Notes: generated by a model from the sequence alone, not told the origin. Shown: positions 48,847 through 59,592, counted from the stretch's first letter. The stretch is 64,000 nucleotides of DNA from Candidatus Uhrbacteria bacterium CG10_big_fil_rev_8_21_14_0_10_50_16 (GCA_002774875.1 PCYM01000006.1:17434-81433); one strand, 5' to 3'. Numbers and translations are program-made.

Positions 48847-50316
48847 ATGCATGCAGAACTTCAAAAATTCTTGATCACGTTTGCGCAGACGGTATCCCTC
48901 AATAAAGGACGAGCCTATTTTGTGGGTGGGTACGTGCGCGATCAGCTGCGCGGGATTGCGAGCAAGGATATTGATATTGAGGTGCACGGGGTGGAGCCGA
49001 AGACACTACGGCTTATTGTCGAGAACCATTTTAAGGACGTACAAGAACAAGGAGAGTCATTTGGTGTGTTGCGTGTCTTTTGGCAGTCGTCGGATAAGTC
49101 GGAACAGGTAGAAATTGATATCTCGCTTCCGCGAACAGACTCAAAAGTAGCTCCGGGCCATACGGGATTTGATGTACGAGTGGATCCGTTTATGGGCGTG
49201 GAGGCAGCGGCACAACGTCGTGATTTTACCATCAACGCGATGATGCAAGATGTACTCACGGGTAAGGTTGTGGATCCGTTCGGCGGAAAACTGGATCTTG
49301 AGGCGGGAATTTTGCGTGCCGTTGATGTAGATTTGTTTAGCGACGATCCTCTGCGTGTGTTGCGAGCGGTGCAGTTTGCCGCGCGGTTTGAACTCATGGT
49401 CGAAGAAGAGACGTGCTCGCTTATGCGTGGCATGGTGGATCAACTTGCGGAACTCTCCATAGATCGCAAACGTGTAGAATGGCAAAAATTATTTTTACAG
49501 GCACGGAAGCCTTCCATTGGATTGCAACTAGCACGCGATCTGGATTTGTTTGTGGGTCCGTTGGCGATTTTAGAGAAGATGGCGCAGACCGAGCAGGACC
49601 CCACTTGGCATCCGGAGGGATCTGTCTGGAATCATACGGTGTGGGGATGTGACGAAGCGGCATTGCTTGCAGAACGCGAAGAACTCTCGGAAGAGGATCG
49701 TCTTACGCTTGTTTTAGGAAACCTGTGCCACGATATTGGAAAGATCGACACGACCACACGTAGTGGAGGCCATGTGCACTCGGCGGGACACCAGGAAGTT
49801 GGTCAACCCTATATTGCACCTGTATTAACGGCAATGGGATTTGAAAAATTTGTGGATTCGTCACAAAAAATTATGCGATTTCACCACCACCCCATGTGGC
49901 TGTTTGAACATCAGGAGGAATCCACAGAGGGTCGCCTTCATGCACTCGCGCGACAGCTTAAACCCCTCACGATGCGCATGCTCTCCTACGCCACGGAGGT
50001 AGATTTACGCAGTCGTGGTCCGTACCCAGCAGATGCAACAGGCATGCGACGCCCAGAAATTGCGGATTGGTTCCGCGAGCAGGCGTGTAAACAGGATGTA
50101 TTGGATCACCCGCCAGGGGATGTGGTACGCGGATCAGACCTTATGCATCTTGGACTCAAACCGGGACCCGTCTTTGGACTCATTGTGCGCGTGGCGAATC
50201 AACTCCACGACGATCTCGGCTTGTCTCGCGAGACAATTTTGGAACGGATGGCAATAAAAAAAGACGAGCTGCTTGAGCTCGATCTCTTGTCGTTGTATGA
50301 GACGCTAGCCGAGTAG
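48847..50316 (+). CDS. cca: tRNA nucleotidyltransferase / poly(A) polymerase family with HD domain
   Basis: VGGYVRD..KDIDIEV, RRDFTINA, DDPLRVLRAVQFAARF, WHPEG..HT, CHDIGK. Confidence 0.9.
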   Translation: MHAELQKFLITFAQTVSLNKGRAYFVGGYVRDQLRGIASKDIDIEVHGVEPKTLRLIVENHFKDVQEQGESFGVLRVFWQSSDKSEQVEIDISLPRTDSKVAPGHTGFDVRVDPFMGVEAAAQRRDFTINAMMQDVLTGKVVDPFGGKLDLEAGILRAVDVDLFSDDPLRVLRAVQFAARFELMVEEETCSLMRGMVDQLAELSIDRKRVEWQKLFLQARKPSIGLQLARDLDLFVGPLAILEKMAQTEQDPTWHPEGSVWNHTVWGCDEAALLAEREELSEEDRLTLVLGNLCHDIGKIDTTTRSGGHVHSAGHQEVGQPYIAPVLTAMGFEKFVDSSQKIMRFHHHPMWLFEHQEESTEGRLHALARQLKPLTMRMLSYATEVDLRSRGPYPADATGMRRPEIADWFREQACKQDVLDHPPGDVVRGSDLMHLGLKPGPVFGLIVRVANQLHDDLGLSRETILERMAIKKDELLELDLLSLYETLAE

Positions 50317-51594
50317 CTTTTTAGGTGAAAATGCACGTTCTTTTTCTGCTGCGATGAGGAGCAGGATGATAAACACCGCGCCCAACAAGGCGAGGTCGTT
50401 TTTAAGAAAGGGAACGTCTACCATTCCGTGGATCATCATTTCTGTGAGCCCGGCGCCAAACGCAACCACATAATAGCGGTTTGCTTTTTTGGTCGTGACG
50501 CGCCAAATACCAAATCCGATCAAACAAAATCCGGCAAGTCCAAGTACGCCAAATTCAACCCAGGTGTTTAAAAAGACGTTGTGTGGATATTGAAAAATTT
50601 CCAAATGCGTATGTGTGTGGAATGGGGCGATGGCAACAGGGAAGTTGTTGGGTCCGGCGCCGAGTAAAAAATTCTGAGGAGAGGCAAGGAGAAAATGGGC
50701 CGTTTCATTCCATTGAGCGGTGCGTGTCTGACCAGACCAATCTTGCAGTGTGATTTTTTGAAAGACGGTCGCGCGAAGGGATGGAATAACGAGGATCGTG
50801 AGACTGAGAAAAATAACGATTGGGAGGGTGATGGACGCTCCTTTTTTGTAGAGAAAACTGACCAAGACGAGACTTGCAACGATAGCAAAGAGCGCCGCCT
50901 CTGTCTGTGCGAGGTAAACGGCCATAAGCCCCAAGAAGAACGCGGACCCCAACACGCGTCGCTGTGCCGTGGTGAGTCGACTTTTATCATCCATAAAAAA
51001 CACCGCCAGCATGGTAATAATGGGCGCAATAAAATGACCAAGCGCGTTTGGATAAGGGTAGAGACCTGTTACTCGGCGTTCGAGCGCCCAAGCCTCTGGG
51101 ATGGTAATACCGGTAAGCGCTTGGAAGATGGCGACCACGCTTAGAATGATTACGGGGATGGAGAGGGCGATCAAAAAATGACGCATGCGGAAGTTTTCAG
51201 AGGATCGACTTATGCTCCACATAATTGCGCCAAGAAGCATTGGCTCAATGAGATAACTTTTCATCACGTTGATGGCACTTAATGGGTCGGATGTTTGCAA
51301 AAGACCCAAGATTCCACCTATTAGTACGAGTAGAATCCCAATACTGATGAGTCGGTGCCCAGATGACAGATTCTTTAACGAATCACGTCGACGTTCTTGC
51401 ATAAATCCGAGCGCCCATACTACAACAAGCACTAAAAACATGAGCTCTAAGAAGTTGGTTGGAAATGGACCGATTGTAAATTTGATCAAATAGAGGGGGA
51501 GAGAAGCGACAAACACAAGAACGCCTTTGCGAACGGTACGTGTGCAGAGGTAGGCGTAGATGGAGAGAAGCACGATGGATAACAGCGCGGTCAT
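50305..51594 (-). CDS. O-antigen ligase family protein
   Basis: Multiple TM, RVTGLYPYPNALG, LLGAGPNNF, YPHNVFLNTWVEFGVLG, IHGMVD. Confidence 0.88.
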   Translation of the reverse strand: MTALLSIVLLSIYAYLCTRTVRKGVLVFVASLPLYLIKFTIGPFPTNFLELMFLVLVVVWALGFMQERRRDSLKNLSSGHRLISIGILLVLIGGILGLLQTSDPLSAINVMKSYLIEPMLLGAIMWSISRSSENFRMRHFLIALSIPVIILSVVAIFQALTGITIPEAWALERRVTGLYPYPNALGHFIAPIITMLAVFFMDDKSRLTTAQRRVLGSAFFLGLMAVYLAQTEAALFAIVASLVLVSFLYKKGASITLPIVIFLSLTILVIPSLRATVFQKITLQDWSGQTRTAQWNETAHFLLASPQNFLLGAGPNNFPVAIAPFHTHTHLEIFQYPHNVFLNTWVEFGVLGLAGFCLIGFGIWRVTTKKANRYYVVAFGAGLTEMMIHGMVDVPFLKNDLALLGAVFIILLLIAAEKERAFSPKKLLG

Positions 51595-53027
51595 GATTTT
51601 TTGAGAAAGAGTTTGACTGTTTCCATCTTAACACCACCAAGGCCCAACACAATAGCGACATAAATTGCTCCTCCTCCGAGTATAAGGGCGAGGAGAAGGA
51701 GATGATTGACGACCAAGATGGAGGTAATGCTTGCTAGGGCTACTGTCATAACAGCCGTTGCGAGGAGATAGACGCTGACATTGCGTACGCGTGGTCTAAA
51801 CGATGTCTGGCGGATGACGACCGTTGTTGTGAGTATGGCAATAAGTAGCTCGGAGATAACGGTAGTCCAGGCGGCACCAAACGCGCCGTAGAGAGGAATT
51901 GTAATAAGGTATAGGGTGGTTGCGACGACGGCCGTTGCAATGTAGGCGGGGAGAATCGCGCGTTGTTTATTAACGCCTACGATTGCGTGCGCAAACAGGA
52001 TTCCAAAGAAGACGATCGTGTTGGCAATCATAAGGATCACCAAGTAGGGAGCAGCACCGGAAAATTCCGCACCTGCAATGAGTCGCATAATCGGCTCCGC
52101 AAGAATAATGGCACCTCCGAGCATAGGAAAACTGGCGAGCGCAAAAAAATCAAACGCCTGTTGGATAAGCGCGTTCATTTTGTCTTTGGATTTTGTGCTC
52201 CAGGCACGCACCATCATTGGGAGTAGAAGCCCCATAAACATGGTGGGAATAACGGTCACAACGTCTAATACTTTGTAGGCGGCGCCGTAGAGACCAATCT
52301 CGGCGTCGGATCTGTAAAAGGAGAGAAAGAGAATGTCGCCTTTAAGGTAGAGGAGGTTAAAGAAAATAGAAATGGCAATCGGCCAGCTGCGAGAAAGAAA
52401 CTGTTTAAGGAGCGCAAAATTGATGGAGAAGCGAATGGACACAAAACGACGTGCAAACGCAATGTTCATAATAAGGAGCAACACATTGCCAATGGCAAAG
52501 GCTCCCATCATGTACGGTGCACTTGGGTAAGCGGTGGCAAACCAGGCAACCACGAGCAAAATGAGTCCGCGACTTACGGCTTCGGCGAGCGCTGGGCGCC
52601 ACATTGCGAGGCCTTTTTGATAGACGCCAATGAGCATCTGACTGCTCGTCATAAAGAAGTAGGAGAAGGCACCCACGGAAATAGTGAGTTTGACCACGGG
52701 TGCGTAGGGCATATACCAGGCGATCAATACGGCAAGCGCAAAGAAAAAGAGCCCGGAGAGCAGGCGAGAGGTAAACGCGGTGGAGACGATGGTGTTGATG
52801 TTGGCTTTCTCCTCACTGATCATCTGTGTAGTTGTGAGGGTAAATCCAAAATCGGCCAGGGCGCCGGCCACGGCCAAGAACGTCATAGCAAGCGTAAATT
52901 GACCGTACCCGTCAACGCCCAGCGAGCGGGTGAGAATAGCAATAGTAAACACGCCAAACGCGGTACCAACCACGCGGCCGATAAGTTGAACAAGGGTGTT
53001 TTTTGCAATCGCGTGAACCTGTGACAT
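51591..53027 (-). CDS. Polysaccharide flippase (Wzx/RfbX, MOP family)
   Basis: IAKNTLVQ, LTRSLGVDGYG, ADFG, D.L.LS...EIGLYGAAYK; ~14 TM. Confidence 0.9.
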   Translation of the reverse strand: MSQVHAIAKNTLVQLIGRVVGTAFGVFTIAILTRSLGVDGYGQFTLAMTFLAVAGALADFGFTLTTTQMISEEKANINTIVSTAFTSRLLSGLFFFALAVLIAWYMPYAPVVKLTISVGAFSYFFMTSSQMLIGVYQKGLAMWRPALAEAVSRGLILLVVAWFATAYPSAPYMMGAFAIGNVLLLIMNIAFARRFVSIRFSINFALLKQFLSRSWPIAISIFFNLLYLKGDILFLSFYRSDAEIGLYGAAYKVLDVVTVIPTMFMGLLLPMMVRAWSTKSKDKMNALIQQAFDFFALASFPMLGGAIILAEPIMRLIAGAEFSGAAPYLVILMIANTIVFFGILFAHAIVGVNKQRAILPAYIATAVVATTLYLITIPLYGAFGAAWTTVISELLIAILTTTVVIRQTSFRPRVRNVSVYLLATAVMTVALASITSILVVNHLLLLALILGGGAIYVAIVLGLGGVKMETVKLFLKKS

Positions 53028-53483
53028 GGAGGCAGTATAGCAAAAGGGAAGGGTGGGAGATAGGAGGTGGAGGAGTTAACACATTCAAAATAAACAGGCT
53101 AAATGTGGGTGCCAATCATACGCAGCTTCGAGGCCGGCAGCGCCGAAGTCTCAGCGTAACGCTCAACAACTATATTCTGCGACGTTGGCGGCGGCGGATA
53201 ATGCCCTATATGGGGTGTTGAACGAGCGTGCGTGAAGCGCGATGGAGGTTGTGATGCGCATGAGAGAACAATTGAGTACGTTGCGGACGTGGATGTGCCA
53301 TCCGGGCATGCCGCTGAAGGACGCGTCCTCGGCAACGCCTGAGACCTGATCCAACATTGCCTCATTGGAGGCACTCATGACCCTCGTGTGGCATATGGCC
53401 GCGCGGGGGATCGATTTTTATCTCACATGTTTGAGTCGGGTTCCAAATCGTGCTAGTATAGCCCTACACTAACAGAAAAACAC

Positions 53484-55337
53484 ATGTCGGATTCTTTTCT
53501 CCTCCAATCATCTATTTCCTTTATAAAACGTGCGATTTTGGCACTTTCCGTGCTTGGATTCTTATTCCTGTTGGCGCCATCCGTGGACGCACGCGCCGGG
53601 TATGACGGTCTCGTGATGAGTGTTTCTCCACAGACTGTTTCTGTGGCTTCTGGTGCGTCGCAAGTTGTGCACGTGCAGGTGCAAAATACGGGGACAGAAA
53701 CCTGGTATCAAAACGGTGATGTCTTTGTTTCTGCCTACTCCGTGAATCCCAATTACCATACGAGTCCTTACCGTGGACCGAGCTGGTACAGCGATCATCA
53801 ACTTGGCCAACTACTCGAGACGTCTGTTGCCCCTGGGCAAACAGGTACGCTCGAATTTTTTGTCTATGGGCCACCTGCATTTACTGGGACACTCGTTGAG
53901 TCGTTTAGATTGGCAGCCGAAGATACATCGTGGATTGGATCGTCGTTTGATCTCACCATGCGGGTAGGTGACACACAAACGTCCGTGGAAGCAACACCTG
54001 TAGCAAACACTCCCGCCGTTTCTTCTTCATCTAATTATGGGGGTGTGTTGGTTGCATCATCCGTCAACGAGGTGCGCGCAAAGGCTGGGCAAATGATCCC
54101 GCTCAAACTCGCATTTTCCAACACAGGCAGCACTACTTGGAAGCAAGTTTCTCTCCAAACACCTGGTGCACATGTAGCCACAGGGACGGCCTCAGATTTT
54201 CGTCACCTCTCGTGGGTGAGTGATCAGATTGCGTATCGTGATATGCAGGCAAATGTGGCGCCAGGTCAAACGTTTGTAGCGGATGTCTTTTTTCAAGCGC
54301 CTGCCTCTAATGGTCAACACACGGCAATGTTTCAATTAGTTGCAGACACCGTGGAGTTGGGAGACGCGGTGGTCAACATCCCCGTGTTTGTAACGGATGG
54401 ATCGCCTGCATTGCTCAATCAACCTGTGGTCAATCAAGTGTATCGCGTGGGTGAGATGATGGAGGAACCTCGCGTGCGTGTGGGAATCGACCAAGTAACC
54501 GGGCAAGAAGTGATTTTTTCCGCAAATACAGCTGTCCGCGTATTGGAGTCCGATGCCAAGACAGAACGGTATCTGATCCCGGCGCAACAGGCGATGCGAG
54601 TCAATTACAATGTAAAAACAGGTCAATACGTGTTTGAATCCGGAGGCGTAGTCTACACAGCGGGTGATTATCTGCGTTTTGAAGGCGTAGATCACAACAC
54701 GATTTTTACGGTGGCCAGTTTTAGCGATGTTCGTTCTTGGAACACCTCACTGAATGACAATACATTTAGAGATACGTTGGAGCTGCGGTTTAATACGGTC
54801 AAAGATCGCACATGGTTGATCAATGAATTACAGATCGAGGATTATTTGTATGCTGTTGATGAGACCAGTAACACAGCGCCGGACGAGTATCACAAGGCGC
54901 TTGCGACCACGGCACGCACATATGCGTTGTATGCCTGGGAGCATAAGTCCAAGTACGCGGGAGAGTTTATTGACCTGCGATCCGACACGTACGACCAGGT
55001 GTATCACGGATATGGTGCGGAGATTCGTCGACCAAATTGGGTGGAGCAGGTAAAAGCGACGGCGGGGCAGAGCATTCAATACGACGGGCAGACCATTATT
55101 GCGGCGTACTTTTCTCGGTCTGACGGGCACACACGATCTTGGGTGGATGTGTGGGGACGCAATGTGCCGTATGCGATTGGCGTGAGTGTTCCCTGCGAAG
55201 TCGGACAAACCATGTGGGGGCACGGTGTTGGCATGAGTGCCATGGGTGCGGTGTGCTTAGCGGAGGAGGAAGGTTACAGTTATAGTCAAATTCTGCATCA
55301 CTTTTATACAGATGTGGATCTTATAAAACGTTGGTAA
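53484..55337 (+). CDS. SpoIID/LytB-domain protein with N-terminal Ig-like (NBR1-like) domains
   Basis: Two Q/SNTG..TW..VAPGQT Ig-like units; INELQIEDYL..V.E, KALATTARTYA, DQVY.G, GHGVGMS, QILHHFY. Confidence 0.88.
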   Translation: MSDSFLLQSSISFIKRAILALSVLGFLFLLAPSVDARAGYDGLVMSVSPQTVSVASGASQVVHVQVQNTGTETWYQNGDVFVSAYSVNPNYHTSPYRGPSWYSDHQLGQLLETSVAPGQTGTLEFFVYGPPAFTGTLVESFRLAAEDTSWIGSSFDLTMRVGDTQTSVEATPVANTPAVSSSSNYGGVLVASSVNEVRAKAGQMIPLKLAFSNTGSTTWKQVSLQTPGAHVATGTASDFRHLSWVSDQIAYRDMQANVAPGQTFVADVFFQAPASNGQHTAMFQLVADTVELGDAVVNIPVFVTDGSPALLNQPVVNQVYRVGEMMEEPRVRVGIDQVTGQEVIFSANTAVRVLESDAKTERYLIPAQQAMRVNYNVKTGQYVFESGGVVYTAGDYLRFEGVDHNTIFTVASFSDVRSWNTSLNDNTFRDTLELRFNTVKDRTWLINELQIEDYLYAVDETSNTAPDEYHKALATTARTYALYAWEHKSKYAGEFIDLRSDTYDQVYHGYGAEIRRPNWVEQVKATAGQSIQYDGQTIIAAYFSRSDGHTRSWVDVWGRNVPYAIGVSVPCEVGQTMWGHGVGMSAMGAVCLAEEEGYSYSQILHHFYTDVDLIKRW

Positions 55338-55347
55338 TTAGAGATGT

Positions 55348-55812
55348 ATGGGAGAAAACGTAGGTAATCCGAATTTTGAGCGTGCTCAGGCTCAGGCGGA
55401 AAAAATTAAAGGAGTTTATGAACTTCGTGGAATGATTGCAGATGTTACGGACGCAGCGGTGGATCAGCTGCGTTTTGATCGCGTAATGGAAGCGATGGAG
55501 AACGATCGTTATGTAAGGGATACGGATTTATCGGAGCTCAATACAATAAGAGAGGGATTTGCGGATTATGCCGTTTTGTTGAATGAGGACCGCACACAAC
55601 AACAGTCAGAGAAGGTTTTAAGAAAGTATTTTGCAGGCATGGATTTGAACGGTAGGGAGTGGAAGGATGAGGGTGCACTCAAGATGGCACTTGATAAGAT
55701 CTACGAGGTTCTTAAGAATTCCCTTTATACGTTAGAAGAGGATCTAGGCCTCGAACACAGACCCCATCCAAAAGATGAATATCCTGAGCCACCAACGCAA
55801 GACGTATCATAG
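55348..55812 (+). CDS. Hypothetical acidic helical protein
   Basis: 154-aa ORF just after SpoIID gene, terminator-like hairpin at ~55847. Confidence 0.65.
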   Translation: MGENVGNPNFERAQAQAEKIKGVYELRGMIADVTDAAVDQLRFDRVMEAMENDRYVRDTDLSELNTIREGFADYAVLLNEDRTQQQSEKVLRKYFAGMDLNGREWKDEGALKMALDKIYEVLKNSLYTLEEDLGLEHRPHPKDEYPEPPTQDVS

Positions 55813-55889
55813 TTGTACAGGACATCAAATTTAAAAAAGAACCAAGAAAACGAGCTCGAATGAGCTCGTTTTGTGTTATAGTTGGAGAA

Positions 55890-56927
55890 ATGAAATATCC
55901 CTTATATATTTTTACCGTGCTGACGCTCTTGCTCCCGCAGAGTGTCTTTGCGATGTCCGATACCTTGCGAGATGTGTATGATCAACGGCCAGACTTGCAG
56001 GCGGTGTTTACCCAAGAAGGCGAGACGGTTGCACCCGGAGCGGCGGGATTTTTAATGCATTTGGAGGATTGGGCGCAGCAGTATGGATGGCAATCTGTTC
56101 CGGAGCTTGCTTCCTACGCGCCAGAGGTCGCGCCACCGCAGAGGTTAAACCTCCATGCGGATCCTGTGGTGGATGCGGCGGCGTGGATCGTGGTGGACAG
56201 GTCGAGTGGAAAGATCTTAGCGGCAAACGGGGCAGAGAAGCTGTGGCCGATCGCGAGTATCACCAAACTCGTTACAACGGATGTCGTCACTAAGCAGACA
56301 ACAGCTCTCGATCAGTCTTGGGACGTTCGCAATACAGATAATGTGGGAGGTGCGCGTTTGTATGTAGAAGATGGAACGTGGTTTCCCGTACGGGAGTTAC
56401 TCTCTGCCGCGCTCATTGGATCGGCCAATAACGCGGCATATGCCATCTCCCGCGTTCTCGGCGTGCCCCAATCAACGTTTGTAGGATTAATGAATGACCG
56501 CGTGCGCACCATGGGACTCAGACGAACGACCTTGGTGGACCCTACGGGGATAGAAGTGGAGAATCAATCGACGGCAAGAGAGATCGCCTACCTGGCGCGA
56601 GAGGTATTTGCCAATAATGAAACCGTGCGCAAAACCACGCAGACCGTGCGGGCGCCGTTGCAGGGTTCGGATGGGATTGTGCGAACCATTACCACCACAA
56701 ACTGGATGCTCTACAAGCCGCAGTATGATGACGTTTGGGTGACGGGTGGAAAGACGGGATTCCTCTATGAGTCGGAGTGGAATGTGGTGGAGCAGTTGCG
56801 ACCGTCGCAGTATGAAGGGGAACGTGAGTTGATTGTGGTAGTGTTTGGGTCCGCCTCGCGCGGTGAGAGTTTTGATAATGTGCAACGATTAAGTAAGTGG
56901 GTGTGGAGCGAATTTGATTGGAACTAA
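55890..56927 (+). CDS. D-alanyl-D-alanine carboxypeptidase (peptidase S11)
   Basis: PIASITK, GSANNAA, DPTG, GGKTG motifs; signal peptide. Confidence 0.92.
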   Translation: MKYPLYIFTVLTLLLPQSVFAMSDTLRDVYDQRPDLQAVFTQEGETVAPGAAGFLMHLEDWAQQYGWQSVPELASYAPEVAPPQRLNLHADPVVDAAAWIVVDRSSGKILAANGAEKLWPIASITKLVTTDVVTKQTTALDQSWDVRNTDNVGGARLYVEDGTWFPVRELLSAALIGSANNAAYAISRVLGVPQSTFVGLMNDRVRTMGLRRTTLVDPTGIEVENQSTAREIAYLAREVFANNETVRKTTQTVRAPLQGSDGIVRTITTTNWMLYKPQYDDVWVTGGKTGFLYESEWNVVEQLRPSQYEGERELIVVVFGSASRGESFDNVQRLSKWVWSEFDWN

Positions 56928-56952
56928 AACGAGCCTCGCGGCTCGTTTTAAC

Positions 56953-57507
56953 TTAAAGGGTGTGTCCAACTGATTCTTCGCGGAATCGATCTTCCTCGGC
57001 GAGCCGTAAAATGGTGTTACGAATTTGCTCGGGGTGCGGGACGTTCTTAAAGAGGAAGCGTTTGTCTTCTCCTGCGGTTTGAATGTACACCTGCCCGTAA
57101 TCAAGAAACGTCGCCGTCGCACCTTGTACTTCTGCCGTGACATCTTGCACGAGTGCAATGTGCATCTCAGACGCCACGCGATTAAACAATCCGTGCTGTT
57201 CGATATTAATGATACGTTCTGTGGTCACAATCCACACGTCCAAATAGTAATCAATAAACTCTTGGAATAAAAACGTGATGACGGAAAGGTAATAGATGGA
57301 GAGGAACACGGAACCAATGGCGCCTCCCTCGGAACTATGGAGGAGACTCGGCATAGTCTGACCAAGGAGCCAGGTGATCAATAGCGGGGCAACGGATGCG
57401 AGTGCGACAAAGAAGAAGAGTCGCGCAACGGCAAGCCAATGACGTCGTAAAAACAACACAGGCTTCTCGCCGGGCTTACTGTTGGGGAGGTGGTGAAGAT
57501 GCAACAT
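56953..57507 (-). CDS. Bacterial PH-domain membrane protein
   Basis: GEKPVL.LRRHW, two TM, WIVTTERII..EQ.GLF, VQDV, DYGQVYIQTAG. Confidence 0.8.
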   Translation of the reverse strand: MLHLHHLPNSKPGEKPVLFLRRHWLAVARLFFFVALASVAPLLITWLLGQTMPSLLHSSEGGAIGSVFLSIYYLSVITFLFQEFIDYYLDVWIVTTERIINIEQHGLFNRVASEMHIALVQDVTAEVQGATATFLDYGQVYIQTAGEDKRFLFKNVPHPEQIRNTILRLAEEDRFREESVGHTL

Positions 57508-57510
57508 AGT

Positions 57511-57756
57511 CTAAAAAATCTGATTGGTGGTCTCGGGAATAATGGAGATGCGTGTACTCCAGTCGGCGAGCGAGATGAAGTACATGGAGAGGCCAATCAT
57601 TCCAAGGACAATCACCACGTATAGAGTTGTAATAACGATGGTAAATTTGCACGCACGCCCGTAGCGCACCATGTGGTACACGTTAAAAAAGGTAAAAAGC
57701 AGCACTAGGAGCATAAAGAACAAGAAGACAAATAGGAAGAGGTTGATGGGGATCAT
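57511..57756 (-). CDS. Small hypothetical membrane protein
   Basis: Two TM with FNVYHM.RYG; in operon with ruvB. Confidence 0.7.
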   Translation of the reverse strand: MIPINLFLFVFLFFMLLVLLFTFFNVYHMVRYGRACKFTIVITTLYVVIVLGMIGLSMYFISLADWSTRISIIPETTNQIF

Positions 57757-57765
57757 AGGCGACGC

Positions 57766-58821
57766 TCAGGCGGTTGGTGGTTGTTGAATACCGAGTAGTT
57801 GATAGGCACGCGAGGTGGCAATGCGACCGCGTGAGGTGCGATTCAACAGACCAAGTTGTAATAAGTACGGTTCATACATTTCCTCAATCGTTTGCTCGTC
57901 CTCAGCACTTGCAGCGGCGAGTGTTTTGAGCCCCACCGGACCACCCTGGAATGTGTTAATGATGGTCGTGAGGATGAGTCGATCCACACTATTGAGTCCA
58001 TGCGGATCCACAGCGAGCGCGTCCATGGCGGCCTCGGCGATGGTGGGGCTAATGTGTCCATCGTGTTTGACTTGCGCATAATCGCGCACGCGGCGCAGGA
58101 GGCGATTGGCAATACGAGGCGTTCTGCGTGCACGACCGGCAATGGAGTTGAGCGCATCTGCGTCGATGGTTACATCCAACAACTGCGCCGACCGATCAAT
58201 GATCTGCCGCATGTCGACCTCGTTGTAAAACTCTAAGTGATACGTGGCTCCAAATCGATCTCGTAACGGAGAAGAGAGGAGACTTGCGCGTGTTGTGGCG
58301 CCAATAATGGTAAACGGTTCCAAACTTAATCGAATGGTGCGCGCCGACGGTCCTTTGCCGACAATAAGATCCAGCACGTAGTCTTCCATGGCGGGGTAGA
58401 GTACTTCCTCAATGGCCTTGCTCATGCGGTGAATTTCGTCGATAAATAGAATATCTCCGCGTTTGAGATTGGTGAGAATAGCCGCCAGATCTCCTACACG
58501 TGTGAGCGACGGACCACTCGTAACCTTAATATTGACTTCGGCCTCGTTAGCAATAATATGGGCAAGTGTTGTTTTTCCGAGTCCGGGATTTCCGTAAAAG
58601 AGCACGTGATCCATGGGTTCTTCGCGACGACGTGCTGCCTCGATGAGAATCGAGAGGTTATCCTTTAATGGCTGTTGCCCAATAAATTCTTGAAGCTTCT
58701 GTGGGCGTAGACCGACATCAAAAACCTCCTCCTCTTGTGTGAGGGTGTTTGCAACAACGGGGTTGGCCGGTGCCTCGTCTGTCACGACGGGGGCAAATGG
58801 ATCGGCAGGAAGGGCTGACAT
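57766..58821 (-). CDS. ruvB: Holliday junction branch migration helicase RuvB
   Basis: [65 protein letters not shown]. Confidence 0.98.
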   Translation of the reverse strand: MSALPADPFAPVVTDEAPANPVVANTLTQEEEVFDVGLRPQKLQEFIGQQPLKDNLSILIEAARRREEPMDHVLFYGNPGLGKTTLAHIIANEAEVNIKVTSGPSLTRVGDLAAILTNLKRGDILFIDEIHRMSKAIEEVLYPAMEDYVLDLIVGKGPSARTIRLSLEPFTIIGATTRASLLSSPLRDRFGATYHLEFYNEVDMRQIIDRSAQLLDVTIDADALNSIAGRARRTPRIANRLLRRVRDYAQVKHDGHISPTIAEAAMDALAVDPHGLNSVDRLILTTIINTFQGGPVGLKTLAAASAEDEQTIEEMYEPYLLQLGLLNRTSRGRIATSRAYQLLGIQQPPTA

Positions 58822-58865
58822 AGTAGAACCAGTATAGCAAAAAGGAGAAAAATGCGGGTTTTTGT

Positions 58866-59120
58866 AAAATAAAGAGAGCGGTCGGCCAGGTGGGCGCGAC
58901 CACTCAATGTGGATGCAGGTGTTTGTACGAGCCCACACAGTCATTGACCGGGGCGGGTACGTACCTTTTTCGGGAGCGGAGGATTCGTCGTTGATGACAC
59001 TCCCGGGGCTTCGTGTAGCCTGGACCGTTATTCGCTTTCTTTCATCTTTGTGCTGGTCTCCGTCTGCCGTATTGCAGACATACCACAACCCGCGAATCCA
59101 TAAGCGCCAGCCCACATCCT
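58866..59120 (-). ncRNA. Candidate structured ncRNA C
   Basis: TTGACA-17-TATACA promoter, 5' GGAUGUGGG pairs with 3' CCUGCAUCC, internal helices, terminator 58876-58905. Confidence 0.6.
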
Positions 59121-59188
59121 TACTGTGTATAGAGGATTTATTTATATTTGTCAAGGGATGAGGTAAAGAAAAAAATCCCTTATAAAAC

Positions 59189-59385
59189 AAAACTCCTCGT
59201 GGAGGAGCCAACTGGTACCGCGGGCGGGAATTTCACTGCTCGGCTTTGCCTGCGCTTTAAAACCCTTTGGTTTTAATATTTCCGCCACGGGGGAACACCC
59301 AGTTCCCCCGTCGCCCCCTCTGGTTCAATTCCCCTATAAAAAAAACTCCTCGTGGAGGAGTCAACTGGTACCGCGGGCGGGAATT
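59189..59385. repeat. 44-bp direct repeat of tRNA-Leu 3' end plus terminator (59189-59232 and 59342-59385)
   Basis: AAAACTCCTCGTGGAGGAG(C/T)CAACTGGTACCGCGGGCGGGAATT twice, one mismatch. Confidence 0.92.
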
Positions 59386-59451
59386 GAACCCGCAAGGCCG
59401 TGAGGCCCGGGGATTTTAAGTCCCCTATGTCTACCATTCCATCACCGCGGC
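59366..59451 (-). tRNA. tRNA-Leu(UAA)
   Basis: GCCGCGG..GGGGA-CTTAAAA-TCCCC, long variable arm, GTTCAATT, CCGCGGT-ACCA. Confidence 0.96.
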
Positions 59452-59592
59452 ATCGGCGAGAACATAACATAATTAAAATGCTTTGTCGAGAGAGATTTGC
59501 TGTAAAAGGGGCGATTCCATTGTCTATTTAGGTAAATTACGGGTTTTGTGCGTCTTGCCAGCCGGGGAGGGACGTGTTATATTTTCGCACGT

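Noticed and set aside
58822-59211. N-terminal extension of RuvB in the ORF track
   Set aside because: Crosses a promoter, structured RNA and terminator; ruvB has TATACT 9 nt before ATG 58821
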